Positions 1-14,047 are shown, counted from the stretch's first letter. The stretch: 64,000 nt of DNA from Mobula hypostoma (GCF_963921235.1 NC_086118.1:23562001-23626000), one strand, 5' to 3'. The notes: a model not told the origin generated them from the letters alone. Numbers and translations: made by a program.

Positions 1-1354
1 ATCTCTAATGCTGAGACTGTGCCTCCTTAATCTGGGCACCATTAGCATAGGAAGCCGTTCCCAATTTATCCTTTCAAATCATTTAGAAATCTTAAGCAAC
101 TTGAATAGAATTTGAACAGGAATACCAGAAACTCAGCTGCCAGTGAAACTACACAAATAATTGTAACTTTAGTTTTGCAAGCACAAAATTTCTTGTGTTA
201 GAATGCATGTTCCACAACATCATGTTTTGAAATCTCTCTTTCCACAATTTGTCTATCTAAAAGTCAGTTGAAAGTGTTTTTGGAAGTACAGCACAGGTGA
301 TACAATAGTTTGCAGTTAATCATCAAATTTAGGACAAAGTTCACCTCCAAATCTTCATCAGCCATTTTGACAATTCCAAAATAAAATGATAGAATATATT
401 AGCAATTTAACCTGTGAAACATGTCTGAATCAATGTTAACATGTGAAAAATCCTGGACAACACTTTACTGGATTTACAAAACATAATGCAAGTAAATAGA
501 AATAAGTTAATTTTGACATGTTATGTCCTTAGACATTAAAAGGCAAATTAACTTCTTCACAGATACCTTCAACATAAAGATTTCAATGAAACATATAAAA
601 TAAATGCAAAAATGATAATTTGCCTTCTTAATTGACATTTCCTTGAGAAGTATTTCTGTAAGCAAAAATCATATTATTTTAGTTAGAATGTAAACAATAA
701 AGATATTGGCTTATAAAGTATAAGATGCTTTAAAATTGTACAATAAATTAGTGCTGGGAGAAGCCCACAGCCAGTAATATTCTGAAGTGTACATGCTCAC
801 AGCATCTTGTGTAGTTGACCAGAAGCCCAGGGAAGACAGGGACCATCTCTAAAGCATAACTCAACCCTTGTTATTCTCACCTCTTGTCTGCCATTTACAA
901 CTTTGCATGAGCTACAGCATGTACGAATAAGAGTGCATGCCCAGTGTTTTCTGACTCAATTTCAGGATATTCACTGTTGGTACACTAAATGCCTGGATGG
1001 GTTTCAGAATCAATATATTCTTAGGCAATAGAAGGAGGCCAGTTAATCCACCAGTGCATGCCCCCAACTAGCTTAGTTCTGCTGCAATTTCCACGTTGCT
1101 CAGAAAGTTATTCTCTCTCAAGTTTCAATCAAGTTTTTTTCATTCCTATCATGTGCTGAGAACAATGCTGAATGATAGACTGTCTAGGCCATTTCTCTTT
1201 GTGCAGTGAATTTACATTGATATACAGCACCTCAGTTACTTTCTTTGTCATGTGACCATATTTTATAAGTGAGCTTTCAAAATTACAACAGCGGTGGCTT
1301 CAATGCTGACCCTGTTTTCACGTTCATTCTAAATGCTATGCAGACTGATACACA

Positions 1355-1822
1355 GCCGGGATTGAGTGGCTTGTCATATGGAGAGTGTTTGATGGCTGTA
1401 AACCTGTACTCACTAGAACTCAGAAGATGAGGGATGACCTTATTGAAACCTATTGAATGGTGAAAGACCTTGATAGAGTGGGTATTCCTTATGGTGGGAG
1501 AATCTAAGACCAGAGGACACAGCCTTGGAATAGAGGGGTGTCCTCTTAGAATGGAGGTGAGGAGGAATTTCTTTAGCCAGGGAGTGGTGAATCTGTGGAA
1601 TTTCTTGCCAAAGGCAGTTGTGGAGTCCATATTTTTATGTATATTTAAGGCAGAGCTTGATAGAGTCTTGCTTGGTCAGAGCATGAAGGGATATGTGGAG
1701 AAGGCAGGAGATTGGGACTGAAAGGAAAATTGGATCAGCCGTGATGAAATGTTGGAGCAGATGAATGGGCCAAATGGCTTAATTCTGCTCCTGTATGGTC
1801 TAACGGTCTAATGGTCTAATGG
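1355..1822 (+). mobile_element. CR1-type LINE 3' fragment
   Basis: ORF 1470-1721 reads ESKTRGHSLGIEG..EVRRNFFSQGVVNLWNFLP, the CR1 ORF2 C-terminus. It ends with aattctgctcct and a short ggtctaa tandem tail. Confidence 0.85.
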
Positions 1823-2027
1823 GAAGGAGACCCATATGGGGGTCCTGATTCATTTTCCTTTTATGAGCTTAGACTTGCTGAGGCCAACTTAACCACCCTA
1901 TCATCTCCTTCTCTATTAGCAGTTAATGTGGATGAACCGTTGATTAAATATAATATGTCTGTCTGGATCACTTGGCTGCACGCTACATAAATCCCAGGAC
2001 CCATAGCTGTGGCGATAACTCAAAAAT

Positions 2028-2750
2028 AGTTCAAAGTTCCAAAGTTAATTTATGATCAAAGTACATACACATCACCATACACAACCTTGCGATTCATTTT
2101 CTCGCGGGCATTCACAGTAACGACAAGAAACCTAATAGAATCGTTGAAAGTCACACCCAACAGGATAAACAAGCAATGTGTAAAAGATAACAACTATGCA
2201 AACACAAAAAGGAAGAAAAAAAGAAATAATAATAACAATAAGTATACAAGCAATAAATATTGAGAACATGAGATGAAGGTTCCTTGAATGTAAGTCCATG
2301 GGTTGTGAGTACAGTTCAGTGATTCCCTCTGGTTCAAAAAGCCAAGTGGCTGATGGTTGAAGGATAATAACTATTCCTAAACCTGGTGAGGTGGATCCTG
2401 AGGTCCCTGTGCCTCCTTCCTGATGGCAGCAGTGAGAAGAGAGCATGGCCTGGATGGTGGGGGTCATTGATGACGGATGCTGCTTTCCTGCGACAATGCT
2501 CCATGTAGATGTGCTCAGTGGTGGGAAGGGATTTATCTGTGATGGACTCGGCTGTACCTATTACTTTCTGTAGGCTTTTCCATTCAAGGCATTGGTGTTT
2601 CCATGCCAGGCCGTGATGCAGCCAGTCCATATACTCTCCGCTGCACGTCTGTAGAAATTTGTCAGAGTTTTAGATGACATGCCAAATCTTCGCAAACGTC
2701 TAAGAAAGTCGAGGTGCTGCTGTGGTTTCTTCATAATGGCACTTACATAC
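2028..2750 (-). mobile_element. Rex1/Babar-like LINE 3' fragment
   Basis: ORF 2334-2630 (RKAASVINDPHHPGHALFSLLPSGRR..TRFRNSYYPS) is the typical C-terminus. The tail reads ttcaaagttccaaagttaatttat on +, shared with other copies in the window. Confidence 0.8.
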
Positions 2751-4174
2751 TGATCAGCTTTATTTCAGTTCGAGGTATAGATAACTCCAACAACTTCTAA
2801 AAAATCTTTCTTTTTTTGAATTCTAACAGATTGGATTGCTTTTAGCAATTTCTGTTTTTACCTTAGATATTTTTTCAGTTTGCTTTTAATTTCTGTACTA
2901 ATGCTAGTGATACTAGCCCAGGATGAGTATGGGGAAGATTCCCAAATTTGATTTGGCTTTTTGAAACTGGGGTCCAAGAACATTATTATTTTTTTTGCCT
3001 CCTTTTTGAAGGCAGTGGATTCTTTGCTTTAGTGTTGACAAACTTCATAATACCACTATGGACATTTTCATTATGAATAGGCCACTAGGTTATTTGAAGC
3101 ATTTAGCAAATACAATATTTTTTTTCTGACTAAAAGTAAAACAAACACATTGGATGATCCGATCTTAATCTCTACAAACCCTGGCAACAGTGACAAAGTA
3201 AGGCAAGGGTGCCTGCAGGGTTCAGATCTGCTGTTTGGAGAATTTGTGATGGGATACAGGAAATGTAAGGCAAATGAAGCTATGAGAAACTCATGGTATG
3301 GATGCCTACAGGGAGTATGTGCTTTCCTTCTTCTTGACATCAGCAATACATGATTTCTGAATGATTAATGTATTTGCAAGAATATACAGAACAGCTCCTT
3401 TCATAATCTTTCAAAGGTAACACTGTGACAAAGGCTATCTGTGGCTCAGTAAAGGAGCAAAATTCCATGAATCCAGAGAGGACTGTTCAGTGAAACTTAA
3501 CTTGAAGGTAAACATAACACTTTTAAAATGCACCAGTGCTCTGCTCTGGAATAGTCAGCGTGGAACAAAAGTGCAGACACATCAGCCCTCAAATCACTGT
3601 AAACAATTACTGTTTCTGTCTTTAGAATCAGAAAGCTTAGTTGTAAATGTAAGCAAGTTAAAGCAGTATTTTGGACACATGGGAAAACATACATAAAATT
3701 ATACCTAGATTGGTAAAATAGCATACCTCAACAAAATTTTTAGAACACATATTACTATGACCCTGAAATTATGCTGCATGATTGTAATGTGGTTGAGGTG
3801 AGATAAGTCAGAGGATATGTCTCTGCTTTTCATATCAATATCATTGATAGATACTGCCAAGGACAAAGTAGGAGCTATAGTGAACACTTGAAGTTATTAC
3901 ATTTAAGACCAGAAGGTTGCTTAAAAAGATAAAGTTCTGTTTCTGGAGCCTACTTTGACTTCCTTTAAAAGCCAAAGACAAAGAGCATAGAATAAAGAAG
4001 TTCTCAACACAAATAGGTGTCTTCTTTTTTGAAGATGCCACTTTATAGACATGTGTATGATTTTGTGATAACTGAATAAGGATCAGAGAGAAGTTACAAT
4101 GGGAACAGCAGTTTATAGGAGAATCCATGTTGAAATTTCAGACAACTTGAACACAAAGGGAAAACTAGCCTTGA

Positions 4175-4350
4175 TTCCCAAGTCACAGGCTGCCCTGTCT
4201 TGGAAATACATTGCTATTACTTTGTTGTGGCTGGGTCTAAATCCTACAAATCTGTCTCCAACAGCATATGAAAGTACGTTACCAGGACTCAGGCCTTCAA
4301 GAAGCTGGGCGACCACCACTTTCTCAAGGGGAATTAGATATGGGCCTTAC
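4175..4350 (+). mobile_element. Degenerate CR1/L2-group LINE 3' remnant
   Basis: ttcaagaagctgggcgaccaccactttctcaaggggaattagatatgggc resembles a LINE 3' end common in cartilaginous fish. Confidence 0.5.
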
Positions 4351-4521
4351 CAGTGATTGCAGCATCTGGTTCTGAGAGAAGTTCACAAATGAAGCATAGA
4401 CAGGATGAACTCAAGAAAAAGAAGCTCATGTTGAGGACACTTCTTGTAATCCTCCTCCTCCTCTGTTCTTCTGCCTGTCAGCGCTCTCCTTATAGTTTAC
4501 TTCATTGTCTCCAAAACTCAC

Positions 4522-4609
4522 GTGTCCTGATCTTTCCATTCTTGCAGATGACACCCTTACAGTATTTTTTAAAAGATCTCCAAACTTTGGGATCACTTGG
4601 AAGCTGAAG
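4522..4609 (-). CDS. Candidate 88-bp exon of an unidentified host gene
   Basis: On the - strand: polypyrimidine tract cattttccatttttttcttgttggcctgtag, then the exon, then a gtgagt donor. Two frames are open (LQLPSDPKVWRSFKKYCKGVICKNGKIRT or FSFQVIPKFGDLLKNTVRVSSARMERSGH). The context is non-repetitive; the protein is not recognised. Confidence 0.4.
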
Positions 4610-4850
4610 CTACAGGCCAACAAGAAAAAAATGGAAAATGACTACTTTGTAAAACCCTAGCAAACAAAAATGAGACCCTGCACCACCTTCTCTACTGAAA
4701 AGGTTTTCAACTGCGGAACATTTATCAAAAACATCAGAATCTTATAAAGCATGAAGCCATTATATAATTCATTGGCATAACATTTGCAAAAATAATCCAT
4801 CATTAAATAAGGCTTGTAAGGCTTGAAGAAATTCAGAGCAATATGTAACC

Positions 4851-5028
4851 ACTCACACAAAATGCTGGAGGAACTCAGCAGGTCAGGCAGCATCTATGGA
4901 AAAGAGATGAAGAGTCTCGGGCCGAAACGTTGACTGTTTATTCTTTTCCATAAATGCTGCTCGACCTGCTCCAGCACTTTGTGTGTATTGATTGGATTTC
5001 CAGCATCTGCAGATTTTCTCTGTTTGTG
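4851..5028. mobile_element. Palindromic mini Penelope-like element (inverted pLTR pieces)
   Basis: The left arm cacacaaaatgctggaggaactcagcaggtcaggcagcatctatggaaaag is the reverse complement of the right arm. The centre holds a partial hammerhead, gatgaagagtctcgggccgaaacgttgactg. Confidence 0.8.
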
Positions 5029-6166
5029 AATACACAAGCACAATCTGAATCATTCAGAAATAAACCTTTTCAGAATGCAGTAAAGATAATTAGATAACGA
5101 GCATAATTTATATTTGTTTGGAGATTAATAGGCATGTGATTTATTGCTTGGTTCACTTACAGCAATGGAATTCAACTCAGTGGATAGTTTCTTTGTGCTT
5201 AGAGACATTTTCATTTTGAAAAGGAAATCACATGCAAGTATACAATACATAATTTTACTAACAAAGGAAGTAGCCTTAAATATAAAATAGGAACTTTTAA
5301 GAAAATTGAAGATGAGATGTGGCAAGAAGTATGACCGGAGAGGTAAATCTGTAGTCTTCAAGATGGGAAGGAACAAGCAAGAAATATAAAGAGGAACAAT
5401 TCTAGTTTGCAGAAAACTGACGGCAAAATAATAGCATGGGAAGAGTTTGAGATGAGGAGATTATTTGTTGGAATGGTGCATGATAAAAGTGGAAACATGA
5501 TTCCAACTAAATTTACAGGATTATACTTCATGCTGAGAGCCACTGCAGTTTCATTTGAGAGACTATGACTGTATTGTTGTGATTTGGATTAATTACCACC
5601 GCTGAATTCTTAGCACACTGTATTCTAAAAAACTGCTCTTTTGTAGTAAAGCATATCACTATTTATGTATATAGAAGTCACTCCTTTTTCCTCCATTTTA
5701 GTTGACCGGACAATTTTCTATTAATAGAACATAGCATGAGCTGTATAATCACAGGAAGCAAAGAAAAGCTATAAAACCCCATGCAAGTCGACTAAGGCTC
5801 ATAAGTTAACATCATTTGACACAACCCACCCACTGCAATAATTGTAAGCTGCGCTTAAATGCCACATCATTGTAAATCAAAATATTCTGCTGCTGTGCAT
5901 TCCAAATTTCTGAGGAAAGTATTTTCTAAAGAAAGTAACTAGCAAGGATTGGTATTGACATTAGAAGACTAAAAAACAAAGGTCCACAAAATACAACCTC
6001 CTTCAGTTTGAGTTATTGGGAAATATTCAACCAGAAACCATGTTAAGAAAATGTAAAGGTAGAAACAAAAATGCAACAAAATATTAAAAAAAAACAAAAG
6101 ATAGCAGATTAATTCTATAAGGATAATTTTTAGCCTATTATTGAGCAAAACACCAAGCACCAGTGA

Positions 6167-6366
6167 AACAGATACAAAATCCTGGAAGAACTTAGCAAAT
6201 CAGGCAGCATCTATAGAAATGAATAAACAGTCGATGTTCTTAGCCCGAAACATTGACTGTTTATTCATTTCCATGGATGCTGCCTGACCTCCTGAGTTCC
6301 TCCAGCATTTTGTGTGTGTTGCTTTAGATTTCCAGCATCTGCAGACTTTCTGCTGTTTAGGAGTTG
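6167..6366. mobile_element. Palindromic mini Penelope-like element with 13-bp TSD
   Basis: Inverted pLTR arms, flanked by caagcaccagtga at 6154-6166 and 6367-6379. Confidence 0.8.
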
Positions 6367-7074
6367 CAAGCACCAGTGATTCCAATGTAACCATGAATGT
6401 CACGCTCTGTAATTTTATTGTCTAATATAGACATGATTAAAGCATTTTTGGTTTCAAGTATTTTGCTTTTCATATCTGCATTTGATTCCCTGCAGCCCAC
6501 AATATTTGGTTTTGAAAAGAGAAGTTTAAGATGCTGACAACATTACAAAAACTTCATCAGTTTAAATTACTTCCTGTTGCATGACAGGCACAGATAATCT
6601 TAATCCCAATTATTTTTCATTCCATCATTGCATTCTTAGCAACAGTTATTAGAAAATCAATATAAGAGGATAAAGATTCAAATGTACAGTGGGTGGCAAG
6701 TTGCACAGTTAAATGAATACTTAATAGTTAAGTTCTAGTAAAATAATACAGAACAGTTAAATTCTAGGAAAGCATGAACATGCAATAAGAAAGCTCTAAG
6801 ATAATAAAGGGCTACATTAACAAATGATTTAAGGTAGCACTGATTGTTCAGTAGATTTTTAGAAAGGAGATGAGCAATTTTGAAAGAGCAGAAGCAAAAA
6901 TAATACTATCATATTGATGAGAGCTTGCTTGACAAAATTCCTTCACTTAGAGGGAATCTAACAGCAGCCAAACGTCTGAAATAAGTGCACAGATTTGAAT
7001 TTCTGCAGCGAGATAATTTTATTGGCTCTGGGCTCCCACCATTGATTAGTAACCAAAATCAGCTTGGGTTATTT

Positions 7075-7152
7075 CAGGGGTCCCCAACCTGGGTCCACAG
7101 ACCCCTCGGTTAATCATAGTTTCATGGCGTAAAAAAGATTGGGAACCCCCTG
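7075..7152. mobile_element. hAT (Charlie-like) MITE
   Basis: TIRs caggggtccccaacct / agattgggaaccccctg. The 8-bp flanks ggttattt / tgttagtt resemble a decayed hAT TSD with central TA. Confidence 0.7.
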
Positions 7153-7939
7153 TGTTAGTTGGAGTAAATGGTGAAATGATATTGCCCGTGCTCCCTATGG
7201 ACATCAGGATTGGTGACTATATTTCCCTTAAATTTATCATGAATGACACCAAATATACTGTTAGTTAGAAAGCTTTCTTTTGTTAGCATTAGATTTTAAA
7301 AAGAAAGTTTATTACATATGAGTCAAGTCTACTCCCAAAATTTGATTGTGGAGATATTTCCAAAAAGTGGTTCTCCTTAAATCCAATGGAATTTGTAGAA
7401 GGGAAACTCATATGAATATGACAAGGAAAAGCATTTTGTGAAGATATTCACAATTTATCTAAATTGAAATTTAAAAAATTCAAATAAGTATAAATTCAAC
7501 TCTAAGATATCTGATTATATTTTTTCAGTGCAAAACCACCTGATCTCAAGATGCAAGTGCCAAACATATACATGTATTTTTCACTTCATCTGTATTTTAG
7601 CCAAGTACCGTGGGTATTCAGTAATTAGAAAGATATGTGAAAATGCAAAAATCAATAGGGAAATGAATAATCGTATGTGGTAGATGTACATAACAGATGC
7701 TTGTCAAGCAATTCAATTGCATAGTGCTGTAATGCAAACCGATTGGCGGGGGCGGGGGGTGAAATGTGTTAACAACCAATTCTGATTTGCTTTCTATCAC
7801 TGAACGTTTGAAAAAAATACTCTTGGATTTGAGCAATGGAAAATACACAATTTGCATTTAAGGTGCTTGGGAATGATGTTATTCCATTTGCAGTATTGCT
7901 TTTGGAGTAATGCAAGGAAACTTGGATAGAACCCAAAAC

Positions 7940-8385
7940 ACCATCCTTGGACATAGGAGTAAAATTATGCCATTTTCCCATCGAGTCCACTCTGTTATTC
8001 CATCATGGCTGACATACTATCTGTGTCAATTCCGTTCTCCTGCTTTCTCCCTATAACCTTAGATCCGCCCAATGATATGGTTTCCATGGCCAGCTGGGGC
8101 AATGAATTTCACGGATGCACCACTCTCTCACTAAAGAAATTCCTCCTCATCTTCAAAAGGGATGTCCTTGTATTCTGAGGCCATGCCTTCTAATCCTGGA
8201 CTTTAGGAAACATCCTCTCCAATTCTATTCAATATTCGATAGGTTTCAATGTTATCCCCCCCCCCCAGAATTTTTATAAACTCCTGTGAGTATAGACCCA
8301 GAGGCATCAAATGCTGCTCCTCACATGTTAACCCTTTCATTCCTATGAACATTCTCATGAACCTCCTCTGGACCCTCCCCAGCAA
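7940..8385 (-). mobile_element. CR1-type LINE 3' fragment
   Basis: ORF 8203-8385 reads LGRVQRRFMRMFIGMKGL..LGLYS; the DNA is similar to the 1355-1822 copy. Confidence 0.75.
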
Positions 8386-10276
8386 TGATGGTGGAACATA
8401 TGGGGTAGAGCATGGTGGTTGGTGGGATTTACTGACAGAGATTTACCAGCAGAACTTTCTCAGTGGCTGGCATTAGGCTCACCTAGGACTTCAAAATTCA
8501 ATGGATTGGGACAATATCCCCGTAAGTGAACAATATGTCCTCATTGCAATAGAATGAAATACAGGCAACACAATATGGATTCCACTGGCTCTAGGAGTCA
8601 ATTAAAGTTCCAAACCATCATTGGCTCCCAAGTTGTCCCAATAGTCCATCCTCTGGGATCTATTCGAACACCTAGGCCACTGATCCCCTCGCAAGTAATA
8701 CCATTTGCCATTTCCAAAATTTGCTGAGGATAAATTGTATTCAGATTGGAAATAGAGAGAAAAGAAATTCTAGGGTGATGTTGAAGAAGATATTGGCTAA
8801 ACTTTAAAGACATTCTCTGTCAGCTGTTATGAAAATTGAATGTGTTATAGCGATTTTTGAGCTTAGCATATTTATGTTTAACAAATGACTTCAGCCATCA
8901 ATCTTCAAATCGGAATATAGATTGATTTTATTTAAACTGCAGCTCTGAACAATAGGTTTCTAATTGCTTGAATCACAGACCAGACCATGCTGATTAGAAT
9001 TCATTTAGCTGTCTGTGGTATGGGTGCGATTTGGGAGGTGTGAAGTTTGTGTGTAGTTTCAGATAAATCATTGTAGATGATTAACATAGAAAATATTGCA
9101 CCCCAAATTGGACTAACTAGACCTTTCCACCAAAAATGTCCCCATAGGATGCCAGCTGTATCTTGTTTTGCTGAATAAAGGGGCTGCTTCATATCTATCA
9201 GTACTTTTCTCTGGTGACTTCATTCATGTAATAACATTGAAAACCTCTCTCAGCTTACTGTAAGATTTGATCACTTCTTGGATGACCTTGAATTTGGGGC
9301 AACATTGAAACTTACAAGATCATTCAAAGATGCAAAATGAATTGTTACTTTTAGTATTATATAACTACAGTAAAAGTTGAGAGTATGCAAATGTGCATGT
9401 TATTTTTGTTAAAGTTCCTCGCTCTGAGTATTTTGCATTGTAACAATAATGTAATGGACAATCAATTAATTCCATTAAAATATTTAAACAAATATAATTT
9501 TGCTGCAGGGTAATTTGCTAAATAACTATTATGTTCACGTGATTGAAACAAAGCAAGACACACATTCAGCCAATGTTATGGTTAAAAACACTGCAGTACT
9601 GAGTTTTCCTCTGGTGACTCCAAGTCAATTGATTAACTGCATTTTGATGCTGCTGTTCTTTCTTGTCAATATTCCCACTGTCAAGTGTCCAATGTATCTT
9701 TTGGTCTCTTAATCAAAAATAGGAAATATCATTTCCATTGAACCTCATGTCCTATCCAGACCAGACATCATATGTCAAACTGGACAATCAGATTATAGCA
9801 AGGAGGTCTTGTTGAAGGTGATGTAGATTTGGATGCACTGATTAATTATGAAAGTATGTCCCATTTACTGAGGTCATGTTTAAATAGACTGTCAGATAGG
9901 AAAGCTAAAATTCTCCAAATGATAAGCTGGCTCTACAATTCTAATACTAAAAAAATCTCAATAAAGTTTAATGACATCATAACCAGGGAATATCATAAGT
10001 TAATTAGTTTATACTTTAGAGAGATTTCTACTTCATTTAAAGGGAAATATCTCTTAATTTATAATACACAACAACAGATCATTTGTCCAGAAATCATTAA
10101 TGCATTATCAAAATAAAACTGCCGGGACTTTTCTAATAAAACTGGATTTCAGAAATATTTCAGAAATTCCTGGATTTCAAGAATAATTTTTTCACATATT
10201 TCAGGATACAATGCAAACTCTTTGCTTCACAGATCTGTGACTTATAAGAGATAATTATTTTTCAAGTAACGCTTAC

Positions 10277-10299
10277 GTTTGAAAAGGAAGCCTCTTCAT
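10277..10299 (-). CDS. Candidate first coding exon end (MKRLPFQ + 2 nt)
   Basis: - strand aaatcATGaagaggcttccttttcaaac|gtaagc in unique sequence. Phase 2 would join in frame to the 4522-4609 exon. Confidence 0.2.
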
Positions 10300-11547
10300 G
10301 ATTTGAAATATTTGTCTTTGTCTTTGTCTTTGCTCAGATAGCTTGGGATATGACGCGTTCACAGAATTGAAAAAAAACGCACCATAAATGCAAATCAGTG
10401 CATCCACAAAATATGCCGGAAATGTACAATGCAAATCTTTAGAAAATCATGCCTCGGGACTATATTCCTTATTTCCTTCTGAGGTTAATCTGTAATAGGC
10501 AATTCTATAAAGAAAGATTAAAGTCAAAGGGGCATTGCCTTCTCATTAAGCTGAATGTGGGCCAACAAAATGCATGTCGAAGTTCTCTCCATTTAATTCT
10601 TCATTTCCAGATGGTTTAGAGGACCAGGATCAGACATGTGTTTCTCTTTGTGTACAGCGGGAGATTTCCTGTTTGTTTTATTTGATGTTACAGGTTTACA
10701 GAAAGTCATTTACTTTTAGATTTAAGAAAATGACAGAGTAGGACACAGGGCCGGAACTACTAATGAAGCCTCAAGGAAGAAGTCTGCATGTACAATAGAT
10801 TACAGTGTGATTGGGTTGCACTTAATTATTCCAGTATTTAGCAAATTGCACCTATTAGACTTGCACATCTGGTATCATTATTCAACAATTGGATGGGCTG
10901 TTTTCAAATGCTGGAATGGTTGTGTTATATCATTGCCTTAACTGTAACGTATTGTAAAAGCCATGACCTTCTCCAATATTACAATTAATCTCTTTACAAA
11001 TAATCTTTCTTCAATAAAATATTATTTTTGCTTATTAGTAGTGGTTTCTGAAGAGGAAGTTGGCAAGTAATATTGCTACTGTGAATGGATTCTATTACAT
11101 TCTTTGAACTACAGTGGAAATCCTCCTGTTAAGCATTTCAGCTTCTTGTTCAACTGAGCTCTCTTTAAATGTGATTAATCGAACATAGAGCAAGTGGGAA
11201 GAGAAAGAAACAAATAAATGCATCAAAATATATCAGCCCAAAACAAATTAATTGCCACAAAGTCAGTAATGTGCTACTTGCTGAATTCTTTTTTGATTAT
11301 CTTTAAATGTCATATTATTAACATTACCATGTTATTAAAGATTAAGTGGGATAGCTTGATTAATGATGCAGAACATATAATGGGATGGTAATGTCTGATC
11401 ATGCTCATTTGAGGGCGCACATATTTATGCTGCAATCATATTCTCATAATTTTCAATCATCTCAAACCTTGCCATTAGCTCCCTTAGTGTTTAAGCATAC
11501 AACCCAATTTTGTGAGTGAGTAGCTAAAGAGCATGGGTTATTAGAGT

Positions 11548-11808
11548 GGCACGATAGTGTAGTGGTTAGCACAATGCTTTACAGTACAGGCGTCTGGGGT
11601 TCAATTCCCACCACTGCCTGTAAGGAGTTTGTATGTTCTCCCTGTGTGAACATGCATGTGTTTCCTCCCACTGTCCAAAGATGTACCAGTTAGCAGGTTA
11701 ATTGGTCATTGTAAATTGTCCTGTAATTAGGCTCAGATTGAAATGGGGGTTTGCTGGGCAGCGAGACTCGAAGGCCCGGAAGGGCTTATTCCACATTGTA
11801 TCTCAATA
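11548..11808 (+). mobile_element. tRNA-derived V-SINE/HE1-like SINE with CR1-like tail
   Basis: A box tagtgtagtgg, B box ggttcaattcc, central ggagtttgtatgttctcc..tttcctcccactgtccaaagatgtac, and a 3' end gaagggcttattccacattgtatctcaat. Confidence 0.8.
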
Positions 11809-12280
11809 GATGCCTGAATATCTGAAAGCAGAGCAATAATCAAACTGCTGGAGGAGCTCAGCAGGTTACGAAGCATCTGTTGCAATCAATGTTGAAAATT
11901 AACGAGGTTAACCCCTCCATAAGGAGAAGATCCAGAAACATCTCAATCTCAAATGGCTGTCACTAATCCTGTAAATGGTTCTTTTAATTTGAGATTCTTC
12001 CACGAGCGAAAACATCTTGACCTGCTCCTGGTCACATTCCCTCAGAGGCCAGAGGCAAAAGCAGGTCCGCAGATTTTCATCTGCACCTCTGAAGGCCTTG
12101 ATAAAGGAGGCGGAAGGCAAAAAAATTGATTTAAAAGGAAGCTGCCAGGATTTAAGGGCAAGAGTTTTAGGGAAGAGGTTGGGCAGACCAAGACTTCCCT
12201 TGGAAAATAGGTATTGAGGGGTGATCTTACTGGGTATATAAAATCAGGAGGACTGTAAATAAATGGAATATACATAATAA

Positions 12281-12905
12281 CACACACAAAATGCTGGGGG
12301 AACTAACTCAGCAGGTCAAGCAGCATCCATAGACAGTCATTATTTCAGGCGAAGACCCTTCTTCAGGACTGGAAAGGATGGTGAAGGGGTAAGAGGCTGA
12401 CTGGAAGGTGATAGGTGAAACTAGGTGGGTGGGAAAGGTCAAGGGTTGGAGAAAAAATATCTGATAGGAGAGGAGAGTGGACCAGAGGAGAATGGAAACA
12501 AGGAGGGGCAACAGGGGGAAGTAATAGACAGGTGAGAAGAAGTGAAATAGCAGAATGGGGAATAGAGGAAGGAGACGGATGAAATTTGTTCACTGGAAGG
12601 GGAAATAAATATTCATGCCATCAGGTTGGAAGCTACCCAGATGGAATATGGGGTGTTCCTTTTCTACCCCGAGGGAGGCCCCATCTTGGCTAAAGAAGAG
12701 GTCATTGACCAACATGTCAGGAAAGAAATGGGAATCGGAATTAAAATGGTTGTCCACTGGGAAGTCCTTCTTGTCGCTGATGGTGTGGTGGTGCTCGACA
12801 AAGCAGTCTCCAATCTAGGACGGGTCTCACCAATCTAGGGGAGGCTGTATCGGGAGCAACAGACACAATAGATGACCCCAGCAGATTCGCAAGTGAGTTG
12901 TTGCC
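12281..12905 (-). mobile_element. Penelope-like element 3' fragment (GIY-YIG remnant + pLTR)
   Basis: Homologous to 13957-14862 and 37553-38646. Carries a hammerhead-like ccagtcctgaagaagggtcttcgcctgaaataatgactg on -. Confidence 0.8.
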
Positions 12906-12939
12906 TGCAAACACAAATACACATCGTCTTTTTTCCCCA

Positions 12940-13090
12940 GGGAAGGAGAAATTAAAACTAAGGTCATAGGTTTGAGGTGAGAGGTGAAAGATTGAAAAGG
13001 AACCTGAGGGGAAACCTCTTCACACAGAGGGTTGTGCGTCTATGGAATGATCTGCCAGGGAAAATGTTTGAGGCAGGTACAATAGCAATA
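12940..13090 (+). mobile_element. CR1-type LINE fragment
   Basis: aaactaaggtcataggtttgaggtgagaggtgaaag..ttcacacagagggttgtgcgtctatggaatgatctgcca matches the CR1 3' coding end. Confidence 0.7.
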
Positions 13091-14010
13091 GCTCAGATAC
13101 TGACACTTAGTCTACTGTAGAGGTACATTATGAAGGGTGTATGCATGTAATGGATCATTGGAATGAGTGACCTATAGCAAGGGCAGATGTTCCAGTATGA
13201 GTTGAGTACCGGTGGACTGAAATGAGGAAGCAGACAAATGATGCCTGGAAAGCAGGCACAATAAATGGTTCCTTCAACTGTAAGGAGTCTCTGACAGTTT
13301 AGCTGTGCAGGATTTCCACTGTGTTTGGTCCTTATTCTGCTGAGCACAGAAAAACCAAACAGTTCCTCCTCAAGCCTTGTTACCGAATTATCAAGGAGAA
13401 AGTGGGAGAGCATTGAATGTATAATTGACTATGTCAATAGGTTGTTGAGATGCCATTCCTGGAGTGCTCCTTATCCCTGCATGGCAACATTCATATCATC
13501 TGCATAGCTGCCTGACTTGCTGAGTTCAAAGTTCAAAGTAAATTTATTATCAACTCAAACTGTTTACTACCCTGAGATTCACCGTAGAATAGGGAATTAC
13601 AATAGAATCAATGGAAAACTACGCACAAAGATGGACAAAAAAACAATGTGCAAAAGAAGACAAACTGTGCAATATTAAAAGTAAATACGTAACTGATGGG
13701 AACACGTATTGTAAAGTTCTTAAAAGTGAGTACATTGGTTGTGGAATCAGTTTGGTTTTGAGGTGAGCCAAGTTATCCACGCTGGTTCAGGAGCCTAATG
13801 GTGGAAAGGTAATAACTGTTCCTGAACCTGGTGATGTGGGACCTAAAGTTCCTGTACATCCTTCCTGATAGCAGCAAAAAGAAGAGACCATGGCCAGGAT
13901 GGTGGAGGTCCTCGATGATGGATGCTGCTTTCCTGCTGCAGCACTCCTTATAGACACTCACAACACGCTGGAGGAACTCAGCAGGTCAGGCCGCATCAGT
14001 GGAAATGATG

Positions 14011-14047
14011 AGTCGACGTTTCGGGCTGGAACCCTTCGTCAGGACTG
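14011..14047 (-). ncRNA. Minimal hammerhead ribozyme motif in Penelope pLTR
   Basis: - strand cAGTC-CTGACGA-aGGGT tcca GCCC-GAAA-CGTC-GACT. The core, stem I and stem II are intact. Confidence 0.7.

Noticed and set aside
11548..11620. tRNA genes at SINE heads (also 36280-36352, 52870-52941, 51430-51470)
   Set aside because: A and B boxes are present, but there is no complete cloverleaf and each continues into a SINE body and tail.
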